Of a stretch of 64,000 bases of DNA, positions 55,761-64,000 are shown in pieces (within the stretch, counting starts at the first letter, position 1; each line of letters starts with the position of its first letter). Origin of the DNA: Bdellovibrionales bacterium (GTDB lineage: Bacteria > Bdellovibrionota > Bdellovibrionia > Bdellovibrionales > UBA1609); assembly GCA_965219095.1 (NCBI GenBank), contig CBDCMT010000001.1:1472001-1536000 (forward strand), in the 5' to 3' direction. The translations under genes and the position numbers were made by a program. The notes under the pieces are model-generated. The model had not been told where the DNA came from, did not search any database, and saw nothing but the letters and a program-made list of their open reading frames with translations.

Positions 55761-55791
55761 TTTAATTTAAAATGAAAACTTCTCTCTTTTC

Positions 55792-56022
55792 TTAACCATC
55801 ATTTCTAATGGCTTCAACAGGACAGGATTCAAGAGCTTCTTTACAGAGAGCCCTTTCTTGATCTGTTTCAGGTTGTTTTGTCACATAAGCTGAACTCTCA
55901 TCTTGAGTGAGACAAAAATGCTTAGGAGCTGTGATGACACAGGCATCACAAGCAATACACTCTGCATTTACATAATAGGGTCCTTTCTGATTTTTGTTGC
56001 GTTTTTGCGATGGATCAGTCAT
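55792..56022 (-). CDS. Ferredoxin (single-cluster type)
   Basis: CIACDAC...CPVEAI. Confidence 0.9.
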   Translation of the reverse strand: MTDPSQKRNKNQKGPYYVNAECIACDACVITAPKHFCLTQDESSAYVTKQPETDQERALCKEALESCPVEAIRNDG

Positions 56023-56083
56023 AGTTGTTTTTTAATATAGGAGGAAAGTTATGACAAGAATTTTTTTTATTATTTTATGTGTT

Positions 56084-57055
56084 TTATCTTTCGATCCAAT
56101 CTTTTGCCTTTTCTATCGCATTTTCTGTGAGAGGCACTATATCACTTATTTTTAATATAGCACCTATTTTTATATAAGCACCTCCACCAAGTTTCATTCC
56201 CTTTTCAAGAGATAAAAGGGATAGAAAAAAACGAGGCTCAAATTGAATATTTTTCCAAATTCCAGAAACTGTACTATTAAGGCCTAGAAAAGCATTTAAC
56301 TTTAAGTTCCCTCCAAGTTGAACTCCTCCGGAAACTTCTTCTGCATTGACCAAAGGAGGCTCATTTCGATCATTAATGATGCCAATAACAAGTCCCGCAG
56401 TGGACCCACCCACTCTTAAACCCAAACCAGTACTTACAGAAGGGATAAGAACAAAAATAAAATCAAAAGTCTCCTCAGTCCTTTCTGTTTTGTAATCCTC
56501 TCTGTTAATTTGCGACACTTCTTGTGGAACAACTACTAATCCCAGGAGAAAATCAACGTCGCCCCCTACAACAAATGTGCTTCCAAAAGAGTATTTTAGG
56601 GCAAACAGATAGGCATTGGGAGAAAAGATAGAAGAGTTTTTTGTATGGGTGTTTTGTAGTTGGTTTTCTAGAACTTCATAATCTAAATCCTTAAGTTTCT
56701 CTGTCAAAGCTTCAAAATATTTTTTTAAAGTGTTTTCATCTTCAAATTTAAGCCTCAATTTTTCTTTCAAAAGATGAAAATGACTTGAAATAGAATCCGA
56801 ACTATCTTTTAAGTGCTTGAGAGTAAGAGATAGAGGAGAGGCTGAGTTTTTATAGCAAAAAAGTTTTGAGTTAGGTGAATGAGGAAAAACCCCACAGAAA
56901 CTATATTCTTCTAACAAAGGAGTAGGAATTTTGATTTTTTGAAGTTCTTGAATAGACAGAAGCTTCAACTTTTCTCCCTCTTCTTTATCTCCATAAGCAT
57001 AAGCTAAGCTCATAGGAAATAAGGTAAAAATAAGTAACAAATAAATGAATTTCAT
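56084..57055 (-). CDS. Secreted hypothetical protein with Gly-rich beta-strand C-terminal half
   Basis: Start MKFIYLLL; signal peptide ending AYA. Confidence 0.7.
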   Translation of the reverse strand: MKFIYLLLIFTLFPMSLAYAYGDKEEGEKLKLLSIQELQKIKIPTPLLEEYSFCGVFPHSPNSKLFCYKNSASPLSLTLKHLKDSSDSISSHFHLLKEKLRLKFEDENTLKKYFEALTEKLKDLDYEVLENQLQNTHTKNSSIFSPNAYLFALKYSFGSTFVVGGDVDFLLGLVVVPQEVSQINREDYKTERTEETFDFIFVLIPSVSTGLGLRVGGSTAGLVIGIINDRNEPPLVNAEEVSGGVQLGGNLKLNAFLGLNSTVSGIWKNIQFEPRFFLSLLSLEKGMKLGGGAYIKIGAILKISDIVPLTENAIEKAKDWIER

Positions 57056-57210
57056 AAATATCCCTTTCTTTGTTTGTTTTTCCTTTCTCTTCCTTACTTT
57101 TGAAATTATAAATTTAAAATCAAACTTTATAACACACTGTACCACAACCTTTGCTTTTACTAAAGCTTTTTGTGTTAAGAATGTAATTTTTACATTAAAA
57201 ATGTATTTTT

Positions 57211-57506
57211 TCCTTCTCAAAAGAATCTGTGGGTTTCCGGGAGGGAGCCTGTAAATTAAATTGTGTAGTTGATTTTTTCATTTTAAATTTTACCCTCCCT
57301 ATCGTAAGTCGGTTTCTTAACAGCCCTTGACTCCTACGAGGGGGATATTTCTTAGATTTTAAAGGAGAAGTTTTTATTGATCTTGTTGTAAAACGAGCCT
57401 GTAAGACGTTTTCCTAAGGCCTTCCCCGTTACAAAAGTATTAGAGAAGTTCTTCTAATAATTTTTAGTTTTTTTCTTATTTTGATTTTCTTTGTGTTTTA
57501 TTCTTT
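57211..57506. mobile_element. Stack of IS end scraps (ISL3 right end, IS630 3' segment, second IS66-type end)
   Basis: 57211-57240 resembles the inverse of 59665-59694; ~57250-57297 resembles 55139-55189; 57304-57506 resembles 2077-2280. Confidence 0.75.
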
Positions 57507-59694
57507 GGCTCCTCCCGGGAATCTGTGGGTGAAAAGTAGTAGAAATCCCCCAAAAAGGCTCATATTAATCAAAGTAAGAGTAAGACATCCTATCTTGTAT
57601 TTTTGAGTTCTTTGAGGCCCTTACTGGCCTCTATCACCTCCGGTGATTGAACTCAAAAACATTCTTTTATTTGCTGTATTACATTAAAATTTTAAAAAAG
57701 AAGCACCTACTTCCCAGATGCCTTAAAATGTTATTCAAAAAAAAAAAAAAAGGAGGGAAGAGATGCTTTTGAAGACTATACTAAATGATTGTTTAAGATG
57801 GAAGTCTTTTGTATACGGAGACATTTATTTTTCAAAAGATAGAAAGTCAATTAATGTTCCTATTAAGGCTCGTAAAAATGGCCAAGCTTTTTGTAGTGTT
57901 TGTAAGAAGCCCTGTTCAGTGTATGACAGCAGTAAATCATCACGGGACTTTGAATCCCTTCCTATTTTAAGTTACAGGGTGTTTTTTGTTTATTTTGTAA
58001 GAAGAGTTAATTGTTCTTGCTGTGGAGTAAAAGTTGAGTATTTACCTTGGGCAGATGGGAAGAAAAACCTAACAATTTTTTACATGAAGTACTTAGCTGA
58101 CTGGTGTCGTCACCTGTCTTGGAAAGAGGTTTCTTGTAAGTTTCATGTCAGTTGGAATCAGGTCTATGCTTCGGTAGAATGGGTCGTAGAATATGGTTTA
58201 AAACAAAGGGTTTTAAAGGGAATACAAGCTATAGGTGTAGATGAAATACAATGGAAAAAGAACCATCAGTATCTCACCTTAGTCTATGAAATAAGCAAAG
58301 AAAGTGTTCGTTTGCTATGGATAGGAGAAAAAAGAACAGAAAAGAGTTTTAGAAAATTCTTTGATTTACTAGGAGAGAAGTCAAAAGATATACAGTTTGT
58401 GTGTTCTGATATGTGGAAGCCCTATTTAAAAGTAATAGTAACTGCTCACCTACATTGTTCATTTATCCCTAACTTTAGACCTGTTTTAAGATAAAAGTCT
58501 TGCTCTTACAGATTTTCTTTTAAATACTTTTTTCAAATGACAATAAATAAGACCTCCATCAGAAATGAGATTGAAAATATAAGAAGTGACTTTGATAAGC
58601 TTGCAAAGAAAGGTTCTGTGCCTACTGAGATTTCTGTGATTGTTGAATCCCTCTTTAAGGTCATGAACATTCTGATTGTTGTGCTTTTAGAAAAACAGGT
58701 TCGAAAAAATTCCAGCAACAGCGGTCTTCCTTCTTCGCAAGATTTTAGTCGTCAAGGGAATCGTAAGGCTTAAAAGAGCTTCCAGAATTTCCTAAGAAAA
58801 ATGGCAAGAAAGGACGACTAAAGCATACACAAGCTCAGAACCTTTGGCTGCGATTTAAAAAGTATGAAGCAGAAATACTGTGTTTTTCTAAAAGAAAGAA
58901 CGTAGATCCTACTAATAACAGAGTTGAAAGAGATCTAAGAATGACTAAGGTGAAAAAGAAAGTGTCAGGGTGTTTCAGAACAGAAGAAATGGCGAAATAT
59001 TTTTGTCGTATTACCAGCTATGTTAAAACAATGAGAAATAGAGGATATTCTTCTTTAGAAGCGATCTCTATGGCTTTAAATAAAAACTTACGAGAGTGAG
59101 CAGTTACAAGTAATAAAGGAAAGGGCAAGTCAAGCTTTGAATATATTAGATCGGTTTCATATCGTAGCAAGACTCAATAAGGCTTTAGACGAAGTGAGAG
59201 CTTCAGAACACAAAAAAATGAAAGAAGACGGGTATGAACCCCTTTTAACAAAAGCTAGATGGCCCTTGTTAAAAAATGCAGAAAATTTAAAATCTTATGA
59301 AAAAGTAAAATTAAGGCATTTAATACAGTACAATTTAAAAAGTATCCGCTGTTATTTTTTAAAAGAAGACTTCCGACAGTTATGGACCTATGTTTCACCA
59401 ACTTGGGCTGGTAAATTTATAGACAGTTGGACGAGACGAGTCATGCTTTCAAAAATTGAACCTATGAAAAGAGAAGCAAAAACCATACGAAGACATAAGC
59501 TACTTATTCTTAATTACTTCAAGGCTAAAAAAGCCTTCTCCTCAGGGATTGTAGAGGGTTTAAACAACAAAGTAAAACTCACTATGAGAAAATCTTACGG
59601 CTTTAGAACCTCTAAAGCTATAAAAATCGCCTTATATCATAACCTTGGAAAACTGCCAGAACCTCCGGGAACCCACAGATTCTTTTGAGGAGGC
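57507..59694 (+). mobile_element. ISL3-family element, transposase (57763-59688) interrupted by IS66 derivative
   Basis: IRs GGCTCCTCCCGGGAATCTGTGGGT / ACCCACAGATTCTTTTGAGGAGGC; CxxC, IGVDE, CSDMWKPY, DRFH, VEGLNNK. Confidence 0.92.
58438..59107 (+). mobile_element. 670-bp internally deleted IS66 derivative, copy F
   Basis: Both IRs, 8-bp duplication AAGTAATA, deletion junction near 58767. Confidence 0.95.
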
Positions 59695-60432
59695 ATCTTT
59701 TTTATCTTTTTGCATGAAACCATAAGTGATATGTTTTGTCTTATCTTTAGGTTTATAGACAGCACCATTAGTTTGAAAAAAAAGACTGGCTTCTGCTACA
59801 AGGTGAATGGTGGTTTCAGCACTGAAGGCTGTATCCAGTTGTTCATCATACCCAAGACTAAGGTATATAGATTTCTTTTTTGAAGACCATCCTGTTGTTT
59901 TTGCTTTTGTATGGACTTGGAATGTTTCTGTATGAGCTATGGTTTCTTTAGGCATGAAGCTTTCTATGAGATTCAAAGTTCTATGAGTCCAGTAGTATAC
60001 AGTTATTTGAGCTAATTCTGAAGAAGGGTAGCGAAATTTTAACTTATTCTCTCCCATTGATTTGACATAAAGTCTTTCGCCCTCATAAGGTATAACGGAG
60101 AATCCTTCATTTTTTAAAAAACCTGAAGAGTCTAGACCTTCAAGATCAATAGCTTGAGTTTGAAATAAACTTAAATCTTCTTTGAACCAAATTGTATAGA
60201 AAAAATTGTTTTGATCTTGAATGGACATAGAATAAAAAGGATTTTTTAAAAAATGCAACTCTGAAAATCAGAATTCCAACACTCTTCTGAAGTTTTAAAA
60301 ATTTTCGAAATTGAGACCTCGCTTCTTGAATCCTCGCCTTTTGTGCTAAAAGAACAGTTTTGAAATAAAAAAACGAAAAAATCAAAAAAATCAAGAACAG
60401 CGATGAGTATAGAGAAAAAAATATCCCTTCAT
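59695..60432 (-). pseudogene. FQNC-type lipoprotein with M4/M36-like region, frameshifted and cut by ISL3
   Basis: GAGAGGT RBS and ATG at 60432; frame reading LFQNCSFS...SCIF shifts into LKNPFY...VYYW...TTIHLVAE. Confidence 0.55.
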
Positions 60433-60859
60433 AATTCTTTACCTCTCTATCAAGCTTTTACTTGTATGCTCAAGACTAACAGTAAAATTATAATTAAAGA
60501 TTTCATTCCTTTTCCTCCTTTTTATTTAATCTTTTATCGGGAAATTCAGTTTATACCTTTAGTCCAAGTGACTCATTTTGAGACAAAAAAAAAGGGGGGG
60601 TATATTGTTTTACAAAATATTCTTACAAATAAAACAATTTTCAATTCATGCATGATTTTGTAGGGAAATAGCAAAAAATACAAGCTATGCTTCTATGGAG
60701 AGATAAAATTTTTCGACATAAAGAGTGTTGATCTTTTATTAGGAGAGACTCTAAACTATAGATATTCACAAAAGTTTCGCTATACTTGCATAATTTTCTA
60801 GATTAGTTATAATGTTGTTATGAGAAGAGAGCATTCAAAATACGAAGATAGGAAAAGAG

Positions 60860-60911
60860 GAGGATGTCCCATTTTTCGGTGGAATTTTAGAGGGCGATTT
60901 CATGTTTAAGC
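60860..60911 (-). mobile_element. Isolated IS256 right-end fragment
   Basis: Closely matches 2283-2334. Confidence 0.8.
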
Positions 60912-61061
60912 TGTGATAGTTGCAATTATCACAACAGAATTCTATCATTTTGATAAGATTATGAGAAATTTTTGATTAAATTTTTAAACTCTATGAAGTC
61001 AGAAAAAACCCTTCATTCAACTTGATATGACACATATCGAAATGTCAAAGAGAACGACTAC

Positions 61062-62639
61062 TTAGGAAGATTTTTTTCGGAAAAAGGTAGATTTCCGAAA
61101 AATGTAAAAAAGCCAAAGAAATTGTAAAAGAATTGCAAAACCAACTTTATTCGATCCTCCACTTCCAAAACCATAAGAATGTAATCCTTGACCTAAAACA
61201 AAGTTAACGCCGTACCAAGTCATAATGATCAAACAAAATCCTACAATAGAGCTTATAAGAACGGCTAAAGGGCTTAACCATCCTGACAGGCGACCATGAA
61301 GAAGAGCTAAATAAGCTAAAAGGGAGATAAGAGCCCATGTTTCTTTAGGATCCCAGCCCCAAAAACGTCCCCACGAATAATCAGCCCACACACCTCCTAA
61401 AAAAACACCAAGAGCTAAGAGTACAACACCTATTTTTAAAACTTCATAAACCTGCCTAGAAGATCTATTTAAACTTTTATACTTTTGAAGTTGAAAAAAA
61501 TGTCCTGTTAAAGCTATATTAGCTAAAAGCCAAGCTAAAGCAAAAGCTCCATAACTTAAAGTAATGGAAAGAACATGAGTTGTCAGCCAAAAATTATCTC
61601 TTAAAACAGGCTCAAGAGGTTGAAGGGAAGGATCTAAAATAGAAGGTGCTATCATGGAGACAAGAAGACAAAAAGTTCCTACTATTCCTGAAGCTTTCAT
61701 ATAAGAATCCTCCTTTTTAAAAAAGCTTAAAAAGAAGCCTATGAGCATAGCTCCCCAAGGCACCCAAATAACAGTCTCATACATATTCGTCACTGGTGCA
61801 CGACTTGAAATATAAATTCTAAATAAAAATCCTATTGTGTGAAATAAAAAACCTATAAAAAGAATAGCTTTTCCCCAAGAAAGCTGAAAAACAAGAAGTA
61901 AAGAGCCTAAAACATAAAGTAAAAAAGCAAAAAAGAAAGGTCTTAGTTTATGAAAAAAAACTTCCACTTTCATCTTTGTATTATAAATAGAGGTTCCTAC
62001 TCCTTTTTGAAAGTTTGAGATCCTTTCTTCTAAATCAGAACCTTCCTTGGATTTAAGATGACGAGAGAAGCTGGTTATAATTTCAATGAAAAGCTTTGAA
62101 GCTTTATTACCTTTTGAGCTCAATTCTTTTAACGAAAGCCATTTGCCTTCTAAAAAGTTCTTTTGAGAAGGAGCTATTTTCAAACGTTCTCCTATAAGAG
62201 ATTGATAAAAAAGGCCTACTTGATATTCTAAATGAGCTAATTCTTTATCAAGACTTTTCAATGTTTCATTTTGAGTTCTCAAAGTCTCTAACCTTTTCAT
62301 GTTATCTTTGAAGTGAGGATTTTGTAACAAATCCTCTAAACTGAAAAGAACTTCTTCATTTCTTAATCTCAAACTTTTTTTCACCTGTGCACTTTGAATA
62401 CGAATGATTTTCTCTTTTTTCCATACCTCTGGAAAAAGAGGCCAAGTGAAAACAATATAAGATGCTTTTTGGTTTTTAAAGACTCTTTTTCCGTAAATTA
62501 CAGTCAAACTTTCCTTAGCAAAAGTAAAAAAAGGCTTCACCCGCCCTCCATCTTGAACAGGAAGGCTTTCGATAGCTTCTATGGCTTGGGATAAAAACCC
62601 GCTTAGAATCAAAAAAAAGAAAAGAAAATAAGGCTTCAA
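61062..62639 (-). CDS. ccsA: Cytochrome c biogenesis system II protein CcsA
   Basis: GRVKP, APVTNMYE, WADYSWGRFWGWDPKETW, GLHSY. Confidence 0.93.
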   Translation of the reverse strand: MKPYFLFFFLILSGFLSQAIEAIESLPVQDGGRVKPFFTFAKESLTVIYGKRVFKNQKASYIVFTWPLFPEVWKKEKIIRIQSAQVKKSLRLRNEEVLFSLEDLLQNPHFKDNMKRLETLRTQNETLKSLDKELAHLEYQVGLFYQSLIGERLKIAPSQKNFLEGKWLSLKELSSKGNKASKLFIEIITSFSRHLKSKEGSDLEERISNFQKGVGTSIYNTKMKVEVFFHKLRPFFFAFLLYVLGSLLLVFQLSWGKAILFIGFLFHTIGFLFRIYISSRAPVTNMYETVIWVPWGAMLIGFFLSFFKKEDSYMKASGIVGTFCLLVSMIAPSILDPSLQPLEPVLRDNFWLTTHVLSITLSYGAFALAWLLANIALTGHFFQLQKYKSLNRSSRQVYEVLKIGVVLLALGVFLGGVWADYSWGRFWGWDPKETWALISLLAYLALLHGRLSGWLSPLAVLISSIVGFCLIIMTWYGVNFVLGQGLHSYGFGSGGSNKVGFAILLQFLWLFYIFRKSTFFRKKSS

Positions 62640-62758
62640 ACTACTTTTTTTTAAATGAGAAAATTAAAAAAGTAAACCTTTTAAAACGCTCTAACAAGAT
62701 ATAGACCAAACAAAACTAAAGAAAATTAAATCTCGTCATAAGTTTACAGGCTCTGAGT

Positions 62759-63067
62759 CTATTTACCATAAACCTTTTTAACAGAACTTTTGAGATACTC
62801 AGAATTCATTTGAGAGATATAATCTAACTTTATCTCTTTAGGGCAAGCTCTACTACAGGCTCCCGTATTGCTGCAAGCTCCAAAACCCTCCTCATCCATC
62901 TGTTTTACCATATGTAGCACTCTTTGAGGGGCTTCTGTTTGTCCTTGTGGTAAGTAATGAAGATGAGCTATCTTAGCTGCTACAAATAAATTTGCTGAGG
63001 CATTCTTACAAGCCGCAACACATGCCCCACAACCAATACAAGCTGCTGCTAAAAAAGCTTCATCACT
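62759..63067 (-). pseudogene. sdhB: C-terminal fragment of succinate dehydrogenase/fumarate reductase Fe-S subunit
   Basis: [31 protein letters not shown]...CPKEI; N-terminal 2Fe-2S part replaced by IS end. Confidence 0.88.
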
Positions 63068-64000
63068 CCTGACTTCGACACAACACACTGCAACAAGTGA
63101 ATAATTTCAAATAGTTACAATTTTTGGGGCCACAGGAAATGGTTTTTTAAAGGTCAGCAGATTCAGCAGATATTGTGGGAATGAGGCTCATAGAAGAGTT
63201 TCTTTTAAGCGAAAAAGCACTGTAAATTTCCTCTACTTCCTTTGTACAACCTGAGGGAAGACGATAAAGTTTTTTCGTCTTTTTTTCTTCTAAAATACTG
63301 TACTGATCTCTTTTTAAGATCTTTCTCATTCTTTCAAAGCTTAAATTAAGTCCTGCTTGTTTGAGTTTATAAACCATTGTGTAAGAGATCGCATAGGCTA
63401 AAAAACAAATGGCAATGTGAGTTTCTATTCTTCTTTTTTTCCAATGATAAACAGGCCTCATCTTTAACGTCGTCTTATTCACTCTAAAAGCCTCTTCTAT
63501 TCTCCAAAGACTTCTGTAACGACTTAAAAGCTCACTGGCTGTCTTGTTTTGAACATTTGTTATAATTCCGTGAAGACCGTCCCACAAAGCTTCTTTTTCC
63601 ATTTTCTCCTCATTTATGCTCACTTTCACATTGTCAACTTTAATAAAACGTTTGGTCCCATGATTGGAGATCAACTGACTGAACTTCCCCTGTTTCTTAC
63701 TTTCTTCATCAAACGATTGATCAAACGCTCTCTTTGATTTTGATCTCTTTTGGCTCTTTTGTTCGAATAACTGACTATCAATCTTTTTCCTTCATGCTCT
63801 AGCTCTTTCACCCAAAAAAGATGAGATGTATCACAAGCCACTTGGGTGGGCTTATAGTTTTTATAACTTAAAACCTCTTCTTTTTTCTTGCTAGAAAGGG
63901 ATTTTAACTTTGTAGCCACAACATACTCTATCCCTATCTTATCCATAGTCTCTAAATTCTTTCTTACAAACATAGCTCTATCAGCTACTAAAACAGCTCT
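63068..64000 (-). mobile_element. IS1634-family element, partial, frameshifted transposase (63671-64000, 63147-63674)
   Basis: End CCTGACTTCGAC at 63068; ADRAM, WDGLHG, YRSLWRIEEAFR, RPVYHW. Confidence 0.88.

Noticed and set aside
60403..60663. 86-aa ORF
   Set aside because: No RBS or motif; overlaps the start and upstream region of the opposite-strand pseudogene

Overview
AT-rich bacterial chromosomal window spanning the replication origin. Gene order (mnmG-mnmE-jag-yidC-yidD-rnpA-rpmH / dnaA-dnaN-recF-gyrB-gyrA-TPR-atpZ-atpI-atpB-atpE) and several accessory genes (a Bd0109-like YD protein with a small secreted partner resembling the hit locus, a TIGR02147-like regulator, an FQNC-type lipoprotein) point to a Bdellovibrionota-like organism (inference). 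Intact housekeeping blocks are: origin region, recA/cinA/pilT/recX/alaS/mutY, an isolated mraY-murD-ftsW-murG piece of the dcw cluster, a ferredoxin and ccsA. Between them lie dense, nested insertion-sequence debris: six copies or fragments of an ISBst12-type IS66 (the four that retain the site share one frameshift), IS1634, IS630, ISL3, IS256, IS3 ends, a 121-bp IS66-type MITE and a probable IS110-like remnant with a structured non-coding end inserted in an IS630 terminal repeat. Host genes disrupted include sdhB, a lipoprotein and a tandem paralog. Most notable: a type IV pilin-like protein with a collagen-like (G-X-P)n tail, a relocated hit-like locus, a sigma-28-type promoter before pilT, a cluster of uncharacterised secreted proteins, and an overall picture of IS-driven genome erosion in a lineage related to predators. 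No rRNA, tRNA or CRISPR array was recognised. All calls were made by eye; no searches were run.
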